From: Camelus ferus
Taxonomy: Eukaryota
Assembly (NCBI RefSeq): GCF_009834535.1
Contig: NC_045702.1
Span: forward strand, 32,984,001 to 33,048,000
Reading direction: 5' to 3'
Length of the DNA stretch: 64,000 bases
The number at the start of each line of letters is the position of its first letter. Within the stretch, counting starts at the first letter, position 1. This document shows positions 50,701 to 64,000 of the stretch, piece after piece. The notes beneath the pieces were generated by a model, which had not been told where the DNA came from, did not search any database, and was given only the letters and a program-made list of their open reading frames with translations. A program made the translations under genes and the position numbers.

Positions 50701-53700
50701 TTAACAAAGGAAAAATGTAAGGAAGTAGAGTCTACTTTAATCAGTCCCCATTATTTGATACCTTCAAAAAGAAAAACATTGATAGCGAGTAAAATAAATA
50801 AAACGTTTCAAAATTAATGACACATTCAAGTATGAGTGTTCATATTAATGAGTCAACTGAAAACTTGTAAAGAGCTATTCTCTAAGCTGACCACATAAAT
50901 ATATTGCTGTTAAGGTCAACTTTGATTTATATTGGCGGATGGAGCTCCTGTATGTGGTTGCAGTCAAATCATGGGGCATTTTCAACTAGGAAACTAGTTA
51001 TGGTCCCCCACCCCTTCCACCCATAGCAAAATTCATCTAACTCAGGATAAAAATCCCAAGCTAGTCTCCTCTCAGCAAACTCTCCAATGAAATATTTCTT
51101 AAAGGTGTCATTTGGCCAGGAAAATAAACACTTAACATGACAGTTTCACGACACGGTCTGTGAAATGGAAGACAGCCTCTGGCCAGTGATGATAACCACA
51201 CTGACTGCATGCTTTACAGTCGCACACTCGTCGGTCTAATAAGGGAGCCATTTAGAGGCGCTCCCTGCTTTAATAATGACTCATTGTCCTGGGAAACTTC
51301 ACTGTCTGTGAGAATGAGCCCTGGAGTAGCTCATCATTTCATGGTCACTATGACAACTCTGAACCTTCAGACACTCCGGATCTGTGGAAGGTTGTGTGGT
51401 GGATCTGATCTTGAGGGAGTGTTGTGGTGGGGAGGTAACACCACCTTCACTCATTGAAATCTAAAGTAAAATTATCATCATCCATTAAAGCATTATTCTG
51501 TTCACCATTAATCCAACCCATAAAAGTCATCTTGCAAAGTGAGCCACAATAAATATGTATTCACAGCATAATAGCACTCAAAACTAGGGGTGCTGAGTTG
51601 CCATATAAACCTCTCTCAGAGGAAGTTGTTAAATGACACAAGGTGATTCAAAAAGAATTGAACACACTTCCAAAATGGGCTACTCAGTAACCAGTAAATA
51701 CACATCATGTATGTGCCAAATTGTGGGTGAACTTCTAAGTGTCTAGCCATCAGGAAAGTATTAGGTTTTGACCACATGTTTATGCTTGTTATAAACAAAT
51801 GCTACAAACACATAAACAAGTTATATTTGTCAATTGTTTTTGAATCATTCTGTACTATAATATGGATATGCTAATCTGAGGTCCAAAAATGGGATTTAGA
51901 TGGTCTGTGAAACCCCGAAAGTTATATATAAAAATATTGTGTAGTCAAGAATTATATTTCATTTTACCCACATTACAATTTATTTTTATATAATAACATG
52001 GAGTCAATAAAGTTTTCCGTTAACATTTTTCAATGATACTACTCACTGAGTTAATCTTAAATTTAATTTAGAATTTAATAAACTCCTACAGTATTTTAAG
52101 GTCTCTAGTAGACAAATAAACATGTTGTCATATTAAACACCACACATCAACCCTGGCTGCTACAGCACCATTATCCATGCTCTTCCTATGGAGGCCCAGA
52201 GTCACTGCTAGCCCATAGAGAATCCTTTGAAACTCCTACAAAATTTTAAAAGGCACCAAGATGTCCTTCCTCTTGGGAGGGAGGCAGTCTTGCAATGGGG
52301 AGCATTGTTTGGCATGAGAAGTGCAGACTGGATTTCAACCCCTTCCCACCTCCTCCGCTGGGTACTTTTGTGTAAGACACAAATTGTACAACTGTCCACA
52401 GCAGCCCCACTGGGGCCCCAGTGAAAATGTAAATATATTTTGACTCTTCTCTACTTTCTCTACTTAAAATACCTTCAACATAGATCAAAGTATACTTTTA
52501 GTTTTCTTTAAAAAAAAAAACTGTATCTGATTTTAAGATCTACATTTTTTAGCCATTTAACATCTCTGAAATTGAAGTGTTTCTTACAGCACTATACCCA
52601 GTCAGCCACTCAATAAATTTCATTATGATGAATATATTTACTAAGCAAAAAAAGGAAGTAAAATAATCCGAACGTCCATTTATTAGTTTTTCACTCAGAA
52701 AAATCTATTATTTCCTACTTGAAAGATGATAGATACCCTGTAGATCTATCAAACAGAGCACTTTCAAGCACTCCTTAGACCAGAATAATCCCTCCTCAAC
52801 CCCCAAACACTTTTACACTCTCCTTGTGGCTTTACTCCATTCTGCTTTGAACTGTAATTGTATGTTGATTCTCTGCCCGCTGTCCCGTAAGCTCCGTCAG
52901 GGCAGGGCCTGTGGACCTCTGTCTCCTGTGCTACGTGGGGCAGCAGCTCAGTCAGGTGGAGGCAGCCTGGGCTCAGGAGCCAGGCCGACCCGCATCCTGA
53001 TCTCGGCCCTGCTGTTGACGGGCTCTAAGATCATGAGCAAGTTATTCAACCTCTCATTTCCTCACTTGTAAAATGGAGACAGTAACACTCAACATCTGAG
53101 ATTGGCCTGAAGGTCTGGAAATGACTGAAGTTGTGAACGACTGGCACTTAGTTTCTTTGTAATTGACTATCACTATTTTTTGGAGACAGCATGAGTTTTG
53201 GAGTCACATAGATTCATACCCTAGCTTGGTGACTCAGTGTGTCCCCTAACTACAAGTTACTTCTCTAAGCCTCAGCTTCCAAGCATTGTGAATGTCGGAT
53301 TTTGTCTGTCTCCTTGACTACTATATCCTTACCATCTGACACAGAGCCTAGCAGTTGTTGAGTGGATTAACCAATGAATAAAAAAGGAACATAATCCCTT
53401 AACAGCACTATTGCAAGAGTTACAGAGAATGTATATATAAAGTGCCAGTCACAGGTACAGTGCCTGGTGTATAGTTGGCCATGGTAACTGATTTCTGATG
53501 GTCAGAACAAATGAATATGAGAAAATAGGATTAAAAATGCTATGGACATTCCTGTCCATCTGTTTATCACGTAATTACAGGAACAGACAATAAGAGGACA
53601 AGGCCAAATGTCTGGCTGGTGACTAATACCTTCTCCTATTAAATTGTGTTCGCACCTCCAATGCAACACTGATAGAGGCAGCAAGAATCATTTGTTTAGT

Positions 53701-56603
53701 AAATGTTTACTGAGCACTTAGGATGTGGAGAACACCAAAATGGACCAAACACTTAGGAACAAGTACATCTATGTCAGGGACAGAACACTGGAGGTGCGTG
53801 CTTTCCAAGAAACTCAGATGTCAGAGGACTGGAACTTCCATGTAAAAAGAGATTCAAAAAAGATCATAATCTACAGACAGGATACTTGTCTGTTCTCTCT
53901 TTATTTCAAATACTTCTTCCCTAACTGTGAACTTTCTGCTCCCACCCATTTAGACCAAGGAAGGCAGCCCCTAAGACCCTAGTCACAAATACAGACAGCA
54001 GAGAAACACTGATTCTAGAGGTCAGGACCAGGGAGTTTCCTACTGCCCTGGATACTTCCCTCCCACTAGTACAAGACGGGGCGACAGCAGACATGATGGT
54101 TGGGTGGAGGGCGGGTGGATCAAAGCTGTGAGTAGAGATAAATGGTTACACCTCCCCTGCAACCTGGCTTCCAGGTGATCTCACCTAAAACATTCCAAAT
54201 TGATGTTTGGCATCCTTGTCCTCCAAGACAGGAAAGTAGACTCCATAAACCATATCGGAGTACTACTGATCAGAGAGAAGGGAAAAGTCCAAGGCTGTTA
54301 ATGCTGAGTTATCAATTTGAATTTTACATATCCATGTATTGAGGTTCTTAATTCAAAATACAGAATGGACACAAGGCTGTATGTCTTCATATAATCATTT
54401 CTGAGGCAAAAAGATCTAAGCAGTAAACTAGAGGCTGGACTTAAGCTTCCTTAGCACACTTTGTGCTCTCTAAGCCTTTGATGATGGGAGAAGGTTTCTG
54501 GCCACTGCAGGGAACATGGGACACTGGTAGTAGCAGCCACACTGCTTGAAAGATAACAAGGAGAAAACTTCCTAGGACCAAGGATGCAAGAAAGAAAGGA
54601 CGGAGGGCAGAGAGAAGGTGGGAGGGAGAAGAGAAGAAGGATGAGAAGAAAGAGGGAGAAAGGAAAGAAAGAATAAATGAACCCAATAAGTTCCGTCCAT
54701 CTCAAGGATTAATTATGTAAAACATTGAGCTGAAGGAGCTCTGAGACATGGCTCTTCCACTCCCACTGGCCTTTGGAGGCTGTGTGTATCAATTAGCTGA
54801 GAAACATGATGCTGACCTACATGAAACAGGACGCTAGGAGAATCCTCCACTTCAGAGGTCAGGCTCCATGAGTGCCCAGGGCCACTTCTGGGGGGACCAA
54901 GCTGCAAACAGGTGATGTGAGTCTTTGACATCCTCCTTGCTCCCTTATGTAAAGTGCCTTCTAGTGTTCTCCTCCCACTTGAGCAGCACCCACTGGAAGA
55001 GACAGAAGTGGCATGAAGGGCAGCTCGAGGGAGTCAGTGTGTGGCAGGAAGGTGGAAAATAGCCCCATTCCCTGATGTCAGCTCATCAGTGTTTATTCTG
55101 GGCAGGCAAGATGGCAAAGACCTATCTAATCTTCCAAGGGCAACAAGGATCAGAGCTCATGTCACATGTGACAAAAAGGAAGTTTATCTTTTATCAGGTT
55201 CCCCTTTCAGGTACTTCTGAGAATCCTTGAGGACTGCTTGCTTGTTCCCAGCTCTGCACTGGCCTCTGTCCGTCCCCTCGGAGTGGCATGAGACAGGCTC
55301 AGCTCTGAGGTCATCTTTCCCGTCTCATAACTACATTCTGGGCTTCCCTTTCTGCTTTACTCCAACCACCAACGCAAGCCATCCCTGAGTCCTTCAAAGT
55401 GGCCACAGAGATCAGAAAGCTCAGGTTAACAAAAGAGAATTACAATGTAGAAAACTATTTTCCCAAAAGAGAATTGGGCTCCCAAGTCCTCCTCCTGCCC
55501 CAGGTTGCATCTATTTCTACATCACTTGGAACAATCATTTTTTTGTTTTGTTTTGTTTTCACTGGCTCATAACTCCTTTTGCGTAATTACGGTGGGCAGA
55601 CCCTCATCCCTTTATCCAAGAGAAGTCCTTGGGCCTCTGCTGGTGCTGTCGGCCTCATCATACCTTTGATTTGTATCTGCCAACATGGACCAGAGAGATG
55701 GACAGACTGAAGGAAGATGAAGACGCTGAGCAGGTGGAGATGAGAAAGAGCCAGAATGAAACATCAGCACTGGGCTCTGTGGCTCAGAACTGTCTCCTCA
55801 CAGTAACGTTCTATCCTTATTTTATTTATTTAACAACATTTCTCCATAATAAGTTATCTCCTTACAAGAAAAACTGAAGGAGTGTCAGTGGAAATTTTAA
55901 CCAAGCTGCAATTTTTTGTAACATGAAGTCACACAGTGTGTTCTTTTATAGGAATATGCAGGGCCGGTCTTATCCCTGAAGAAAAAAGAACATGGTGGGA
56001 CTGCCTCGTTTACTGAGATTGCTAAGATAATAAATTGATATTATGAGTCCAATTTTCGTGCGTCTGAGTGAGAATCTGTTGAAGCAGGAGGGACATTATG
56101 GGAAAAAAGCTTAAGAAGTGAAATCAGATTATTCATACCCAGCTTAGGAGCTGCTCAGAGAGCAGAAAAATCTTAGGAAGTAATTTATCAGGCGGCAAGA
56201 CAGCGAACAATGAAGACAGCTCTTCTTTCAGATGAGAGGATGGTCCAGGACAGCTCTGTGACTGCAGATGACAGCAGGTCATAGCCCAGATAGCAGAGCT
56301 ATTGAATAACTAATGTTCAAAGGTTTATAGCCCCAAATGCACATTCTAGAGTGCAAATTGCCCTTAACTCTACATTATCAAAAACAGAATATTACAGTGT
56401 AATCACGTTGGATGTATACCAGAACCACAATACACAGTGATGTTTGCTTATGCCAAAGGCTTTCTGTGGGCACGAGACATTCAAGACACCGGTCACCACT
56501 GAAGGGACAAGTCTCAGATTAGACACGTATTTAAGGTAGAAAAACCACAATTGGTATACAAATGAAGCAAGAAGACGGGTAGTAAACAAAGTTCAACAGA
56601 ATA

Positions 56604-56780
56604 CAGCTGGCCCTTGAAAAACTGGTTTGAACTGCGTGGGTCCACTCTCACGAGGGTATTTTTCAATAGTAAATACTACGGTGGCACAAGGCTGTTGGTC
56701 GGCTAAATCTGCGGATGCTGAGGAACTGAGGACACGGAGGGCCAGCTAGATTAAACCCTGTGTTGTTCAAGGGTCAACGG
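56604..56780 (+). mobile_element. Tigger2/MER8-like MITE (TcMar-Tigger)
   Basis: TIRs CAGCTGGCCCTTGAA / TTCAAGGGTCAACGG; TA TSD at 56602-56603 and 56781-56782. Confidence 0.85.
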
Positions 56781-57269
56781 TAACTGCAGCTAAAGCAGCT
56801 AAAGCAGCTCTACTAGCAGATGGGTCTTAGAGGACAAAGGCTTCCAATGTGTGTAAATGATGTCCCTGCTCTCTGGCAGACAGGCCATGTTATTGTTCTG
56901 GAACTATCAACATCTGTTGGAGACTATCTCAGAGAGAGGAGGTAAAAGGCAACCCCAAGGTAAAACCGCCAAGTTGGTAAAAGACCACTGATGTGATGGC
57001 AGTAGCTTTTGAGGAGAAGATTGACCTGATGTCAATGGTTCTCTGAGGGAAATTAATCTAGGGGTAATCAACACAACAAGTTGAAAGAGGATTCAGGTTC
57101 TGTGTGTTTGAAGCTAATACCAGCTTAAAGAAGGTATGGGCCCTCTTTAAGATAAAGAATACAGATTTAAGACTGCAAAAGTGCTAGGGCCAGTCCCAGA
57201 GCCTTTGAACGAGCCCCTGTGAGGAAGGGGGCCTGAAGGGCAAGCTTCCTTACCTTCCCAATAAGCTAC

Positions 57270-58093
57270 CTCATGGCTCCACTAACACTGTCATCTCACC
57301 CGCCCAGCACCCACACTAGAAACCCGGGACTCAGCTTTGATCCTTCCTCTTATTTTCTCCTGTCACCAAGCCATGCCCGTTTTGTTTCTTGAATGTCTCT
57401 CAAATTCATTTCTTTCTTCATTCCTCTTGCCAATACCTGGATCTAGCCATCTCTTACCTACTCCACTGCCAAGAGCCTCCTAAACAGTCCCCCATCACCA
57501 CTCTTGTTTACCTCCCAGAAATGTATCCTTCACCCCACCGCCCAGAGTACCCTATCAAAAAGGTGGACCGACAAGTCCACACTTCTGCTGAGCACCCTTC
57601 ATTAAGGCCTCCTCGGTGGAAAGCCTCCTTAGCCTGACAAAGCCAGCAGGGCCTCGCCTCTGCACGTCTCCACCCTCAGCTTGTCTCACAGTATCAGCAC
57701 CAGGTGGCCTGTAGTTCCTTGCAAACACCTTGAAAGCTTCTAAATCCAGGCTTTTGGTTCCTGGCTGACCTCTCAGCTTGGCATCATCTCCCTTCCCCTC
57801 ATCCCACCTCCTCTCCACCTTTCTTCACCAGGCTCTCTTTCACCCAGAGGCCTTCCTCACCATCCGGCCCTCCACACCAGCAAGTCACCCGCCATGCAGA
57901 GTGCCATCAAGGTGCTCAGCACACTGTGTTCAAAGGGCCTGTTTGTAATCTGCCTTTCCTTCTCCTCTCCAGCTTGTGATCTTCTGAGGGGGCGGGGGTT
58001 AGGAGACATGTCCGATTCATTTTTAGCAGAAGGTAGGTAATGCTAGCACTTAGCAGAATGGAGGTCCTCAATAGATATTTTTGAATGAATGAA
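57270..58093 (+). mobile_element. L2 3' portion
   Basis: CTCAGCTTTGATCCTTCCTCT...; ends in AATAGATATTTTTGAATGAATGAA, the L2 tail. Confidence 0.7.
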
Positions 58094-59558
58094 CAAATTA
58101 ATGACTACACGACCAAATCAATCACTATGTAAGCCATTCTCTGTGACTGAGGACAGAGCGACAAGAGAGAGCTTAGTTCTAGGCTGTGCCCAGGACTGTA
58201 GGTGGGAGAAAGAAAAGAAGGCAATTAGGCACAGGCTACTGAGAATAATCAACAGGAACTGTTGGTGTCACCTTCTTTCTACTTATCACTAAATTTGTGC
58301 AGTGAATATATATTACTTTTTTAATAAGAAAAGGAGTTTATTAGAGTACCTGCCAAGCTGCTTAACAAAGAGACCCCAGAATAGAATGATTAAAGCACAG
58401 GTTTGGTTCTCTCCCATGAAAAGACCCAGAGGTGATGTGTCCAGGGCTGGAGGAGCAGCTCTCTTGTCCTCAACATGCCAGCCCTGCCCTCGTGACAACC
58501 GAGTTTCCAAGGCTGCTTCTCTAAGAAATAATGAGAACAAAGCAGGAAAGACAGGGCAGTTGGCTTTTCAGGGAAGCAGGAAGTTGCCCTCAGTTGTGGC
58601 TAAATACCCACATTCAGCTGCAAGAGAGACTGGGAATTGTAGTCTCGAATCGGGCACTCGTATGGCCACCTAAAACTTGGCAGAGTTTTAATCATAAAAG
58701 GAAGAACAGGAAAGTAATGGCAGGGACAACTGGGGTTCCGATGTAGTGCTCTGCTCCGTTTGTTTTCTATAAAAGCGAGAGAGAGAATGTTTTCATAAAG
58801 TAGTAGAAGCAGAAGCAGAAGCCAGATTTCAAGGGAGTAAGAGGTATCAGGAACTGGACAAATGAAGATTTAAAGTACAGATCATTTATTTGAATTTAAC
58901 AGTAAATGAAAGAAGAGAAATAGTGTGATGGCTTAGAACCACAGAATCAAACCAGGTTTGGTTTTTGTTTGTTTTGTTTTTCTCTTAAGAAGGAATACCT
59001 GCACTTGTCTGAAGTTGTCAGTGGAAAGAAAGATTTAAAAATGCTGGAGAAGGCCTAAAACTAGAGATTCAAGCCTTGATAAATCAGGACTCCGCTCCTG
59101 AAATTGAAGGAAGGCTGAGAGGACAGTGTAGAGATACTGATACTGAAGTGGCAAGGAAAGGAGATTGGGAAGTTTACACTTCCCACCACCTCTCCAGGAT
59201 CTCAGCGCTAGAGCCCCAAGCTCCAAAGTTTCCCATCCCTAATCACATCTCCCCCTCAACATATTACCTGTGACCCACTCCTCTGCATTTTCTACTTTGT
59301 AAAGTCAGTGAATCAGCTAGACAAGAGTATCAACAAAGGCTTCAAGGGATATTCTGCCTCCTGTTCCCTTCTTTCATTCATGTATTTATACATTTTTAAT
59401 TGAATAGATAAAGATCACCTTTGGCATTCCCAGGGGAATGAAACAAATGACAAAATCCTTGCCTTCAGGGAGTTTGACTTTGAGGACATGTACATTTCAG
59501 CAATAACCTTCTGAAGACAATGCCCAGCCTCTGCTGCCTCACCCACCCAGTTACTTTA

Positions 59559-59807
59559 TTTATTAGCTTACTTATTTATTTAAAGTACAGTCGACAATGT
59601 TGTGTTAGTTTCTGGTGTACGCATAGTGATTCAGTAATACATACATATATGTTCCTTTTCATATTCTTTTTCATTATAGGCCATTACAAGACATTGAATA
59701 TAGTTCCCTGTGTTATATAGTAGGACCTTGTTGTTTGTCTGTTTTATATATAGTCATTAGTGCCTGCAAATCCCAAACTCCCAGTTTGTCCCTCCCAAAC
59801 CCCCACC
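59559..59807 (-). mobile_element. L1 3'UTR stub
   Basis: Reverse L1 3'UTR (ATAGTTCCCTGTG.TATA.AG); 13-bp TSD CCCAGTTACTTTA at 59546-59558 and 59808-59820. Confidence 0.88.
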
Positions 59808-62800
59808 CCCAGTTACTTTAATAGTAAATTCCCTGGGAGGATAGGACATGGGGCAACAGTATGACAGATGCCTCTCTGGTCACACTGAATACACGCCTGT
59901 CCCTTGGTGGCTGGAAGAATACAGATCTAGGTAGTAAATCCATGGAACACAAATACGGAAGATGGAGATAACAAAACATGTCCATTGTGAAGAGATGTTA
60001 ACAAGGTAAACAGACCTCTAGGAAGGTTCTTACATGGCCATAAAGGGCCAGCGGTTTTCCCACCTTGATTTTCTACCACCAGCACATGCTTTCTGCTCTC
60101 TGCTCGTCACTTCTCATCATCTTCCTGGCTCACTGTTTGGTTTTCATTTTCTCCATGCCGTCCTGCCTATGATCACCTTCTGATTTGTCTTTAAGCTCAA
60201 TAAACCATCTCTAATCTCTGCCAGGCAGTAGAGGGTACAGGTGAAGAGGACAGGCAGTGAAAAGGCTTGAGTTAAGAGTCTGGGTCCTGGAACAATTAAC
60301 ATCTCCAAGCCTCAGGGTTCTCATCTGCAAGTGGATAATAACAGAACCTACCTTGTAGCTTCTGAGAATTAAAAGGGATGTTCCCGCATGGTCTTCACAA
60401 AATCAGCACCTAGAGGTCAATAAAGGTTACTTATTATTATGTGACATTGTGACCAGATAAAGCAGCTGATGTCAGCCCAAAGCCTGACCAGTTCAGGCTA
60501 TTAGCTTAAGTTAAAAAAAAAAAAGTAAAGCAAAAAAGAGCATTAAATACCGGGATGAATTACATATCCCTTCCGGAACAGTTTTGACTACGTAGACCTA
60601 GAATGAACCAGGGGCCAGAAGGAGAACAGTCCAGCTTTCACAGCAGTCAGCCTTACTAGGGCCTCCCGGGTTGGCCTTCATAAAAATAATAGGAAATGCT
60701 GAGTCATCCTGCCCCTGGGCTGGGGTGGGGCTGAAATCCTCTGTGGCAAGCCTCCCCGCGGAACCTTCCAGCCTACTCCATCCACTTTGATCTCATGACC
60801 ACACGCAGCTGACCTTTTCTTTGTCTTAGCCCCATGTATGCCCTCTTCTCTCACCCACTGATCCAACTGGTTATTTTCCTTCAATAGGCACAAGCCTCCC
60901 AACCTCAGTTCTTGAGCTGCAGCCAAATGGGCAGGCCCTCTTACCTGGGAATTTCCACCTGCTAAGCAGGGGGGGCCTTGAGCAGAGAAAGGTGCTAACT
61001 TTCTTCCTGGGAACGTTGCTCAGGTTTTTCTTTTAAAAGAGTTAAATGAGAGGAAGAAGCACATTTTAAAACCTGCTCATAGTGGAAATGGATGAACATG
61101 AAGGAAAGGGGAAAAGTTAGATGTGTTTTGCAGAAGATAGATGAGTGCAACTACTTTATTAACCTCCTAATCCTATCTCTGCAGTCTGAGGGCACTGCCA
61201 GAGCTACAAAGATGGCTTGCCATCTCTTCTCTGTTGAAAATTCTCCCCACAATCAATATCAATTTGGGTAACTAATTGACCCTTGCTTTACACGGTGGGA
61301 CTGCGAGATGAATGGTTGGTTTTGATTTTCAGGCTGCAGAGCTCTGCAAGCACTGCAGATGTCCAGAGTGAAAAGACTGGTCAAAACTATAAAAGAAGCT
61401 GCACAGGAAATGCATTTCAGCATCTTCACTTACTGGACCAGAGAACCTGTACTGGCAAAATACTTGCTCTTTGAAGTCTTGAGCATACGGCTGCCAGCCC
61501 CGTGTGCCCTTCTAAGCCCCTACTTCCTATTTCTTCAGCTGTGAAATGCAGAGTGGTTAGAAGTCTCATGCACAAGGTCTGAGCGGTCACAAATATCTCC
61601 TCTGTCCCCACTGCTCCTCCTGCAACCCTGACCACAGCCCCTGCAAGTGGAGGTGGGAGTGGCTGGTAGGTCTGAAGAGCAGCCACCACCAACTCTGCCA
61701 CTTCCTTCCCTCTTGGGTTCCAAACTCTGATAACTGTCCCCTGCCTCTCCCCTCCCAACAGGTGATACAAACATAGTCACCCCATTGTGGCACGCACAAG
61801 CTGGCTGTGACATCTTTTTCTGTACTGATCACCGAGAGTGGCTATAGTGTGGGTGAGTGCTTCCTGCCCCACTGCTCCATACATGACCCTCCAGAAGGGA
61901 CTGAAGAGGATGCCTTCCTTCCCTGCAGAAATAGGGTACCACTCTTGACAGGAGATGTGCACCCCTATTCTGCTCTCTGGTTCACAGAGGGCACTTGAGA
62001 TTGTTCTTCTTGGCCAACACGTTAAAAGACTTGCCATTTGCTCACTAGGTCCTAAAAGTTCTGACTTCAACATTTGTGCCAAAGATCAAATCTTAGGTTT
62101 TCATTCTTATTCACATTTGTTTGCAGACTGAATTTTTTTTGCAGGCCTGGGGTCTGTGTGTTCATATTCATTCCTTTGGTTGTTAATGAAATGAACCGAC
62201 ATGAACTCTCTCATTTAGCTTGATTTTTGTTATGAATTATTATTGAGAAATGGGACAGAATCATGGAAGAACTGAGAATCGTTTAACTGCTAAGGATTAT
62301 ACAAATTATCCATTTTCTGCTTATAAAGCTACTATATAATCATCGTACACGCTATGATAAGTCCAGTAAAGTTTAAATCACCAAGATAAAAAGGGCAATA
62401 ATCTCACTACCCCACGGCTACAACTGTCCACATTTTGATATATTTCCTTCCAATCTCTTTTTCCTGAAATTTTTAGTGGGAATAGGAGGCCTATTCTTAT
62501 TACTAACACCCTTCAGCAAAGAACAAGCACTGTGCCAAGGAGAGGGACATACATATTTGCTAGTATTTCCGGCAATTCGACAGGCAGGTGTTGCTGAGGT
62601 TGTGGAAACTGAGTCCCAAGAAGATGAGTTAGTTCAAACTCACATCTCACTTGCCCGGCAAAATTTTCCGAGATGTGGACTCCAAACTGAAGCCTTTTAG
62701 CAGATTTAGTGGAGAGAATGAAATGATGAGAGAGGAATGTGGAAAGGTCGATGCTATTCTTAGTGAGAGTCAGATCTGTCCATTTTATTATGAAATCCGA

Positions 62801-62826
62801 CCTACTGAGAGAAATTGCTTTATCTG

Positions 62827-62999
62827 AAACAACAAGGACCTACTGTATAGCACAGGGAACTAAAGTCAATTTCTTATAACAACATATAATGTAATAGAAT
62901 CTGAAATATATATATGTATATGTATAACTGAATCCTTTTGCTGTGCACCTTAAGCTAACATTGTAAATCAACTACACTTCAATTTAAAAATTAAAAAAA
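62827..62999 (+). mobile_element. L1 3'UTR stub
   Basis: CCTACTGTATAGCACAGGGAAC core with an A tail; TSD-like AGAAATTGCTTTATCTG / AGAAATT---TATCTG. Confidence 0.85.
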
Positions 63000-63750
63000 A
63001 GAAATTTATCTGTACACAGTCTTTTTAAAAAGAGAGATTTATTTCTTCCTGAATCCAAAACTTCACTACTTGTCATTATAAGCTGACTAGAGAGAAATGG
63101 AGAGATACCTCTGAAACATCTACAAAGCAGCTTGGCTGGAAGTACGTACACCAAAGGAGGAAGGAGGATAAATCCTTGGCAGTTTGGGCCACATTCGACA
63201 CAGTATGAGCCTGGGCAATGTCTCAGCTGCCAGGGACTGCCAGCTGCAGATAGTCACGACTGTGGGGTCCTGGGCTATTGGCCAGACGTGAGTAACAACA
63301 GCGAGGACACACATGTAATTGGAGTCCTGCTAAAAAACATCTGGGCTCAGATAAAAATATCTATTTAGTAATTCCTGTGCCAGCCAGCTACTCACTTTGG
63401 GGCATTAAAATAAGCACATACAAGGAATGGCTTCCTTGGCAACAAGGCATTTCATTCATTCAGCAAATATTTATTGAGCACTTGCTATGTGCCAGACACT
63501 GCGTATGTAGGCTGGTTGGATACATCAGTGAGCAAAACAAATACAGATCTCTGCCCTGTGGAGCTGGCTCTTCAGCGGGAGAAGATAGCCATCAGGCAGT
63601 AAATGTAACTGAGGCAAGCTGTGCAAATTCCACAGCATTCCATGGTTTGGGTGTGAAGGGCAAGCCTGGCTTGGGGAGCTCACAAGTAGAAGGTCAACCA
63701 GAAGAGGCATGTGGTCCCTCCATCTGTTATTCACATGAAATTAACTTGTT

Positions 63751-63851
63751 AGAGGGGTGGGGAGGGTACAGCTCAGTGGTAGGGTATGTGCTTAGCATGC
63801 ACAAGGTCCTGGGTTCAATCCCCAGTGCATCCATTAAAAAAGTAATAATCA
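63751..63851 (+). mobile_element. tRNA-Ala-derived SINE (Vic-1 type)
   Basis: Same head sequence as the other copies; 9-bp TSD TAACTTGTT at 63742-63750 and 63852-63860. Confidence 0.9.
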
Positions 63852-64000
63852 TAACTTGTTCTCAATGTCAGGGTTTGCTTTTATTTCCCTCTGTCATTTT
63901 ATTTTATTATTATTTTTAAATTTGTAAGATGTTTACATTGTTCAGTATATTTAGAGAAGTGTCACCTCCATCTCTGTCTTCTCAGTCCCTTTTCCTGCCC

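Noticed and set aside
56786-56809. 9-bp tandem GCAGCTAAA x2.7 beside the Tigger MITE
   Set aside because: Simple slippage duplication, unrelated to the TA TSD.
63377-63919. 180-aa ORF
   Set aside because: It runs through an antisense L2 tail (QQIFIEHLLCAR) and a SINE (YSSVVGYVLSMHKVLGSIP), so it is a repeat-derived chance ORF.

Overview
Mammalian genomic DNA, almost certainly camelid, judged from the tRNA-Ala-derived Vic-1-type SINEs and artiodactyl-type L1 3' ends. Two tandem genes lie on the minus strand. IFRD1 has 12 coding exons (ATG 39883, stop 17834-17836, ~450 aa), a CpG-island promoter and a 52-codon uORF. Eleven exons are readable; exon 10 is absent from the called bases and fits inside the 156-nt N run at 20239-20394. 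LSMEM1 has 3 coding exons (ATG 9777, stop 4109-4111, 128 aa). The region 40.6-64 kb contains no recognisable coding gene and is mostly MIR, L2, L1, MaLR and DNA-transposon relics. The most interesting leads are four. (1) A 25-nt exon between the genes that would join IFRD1 in frame to LSMEM1. (2) The uORF peptide, which resembles a mitochondrial presequence. (3) An orphan CpG islet at ~360-600 with NRF1/MRE motifs and a splice donor. (4) Well-resolved insertion events: an LTR nested in a SINE and a doubly rearranged L1. Gene identities come from recalled protein sequences, and repeat family names are by eye. I see no evidence of a wholly new multi-gene system; the novel items are hypotheses.
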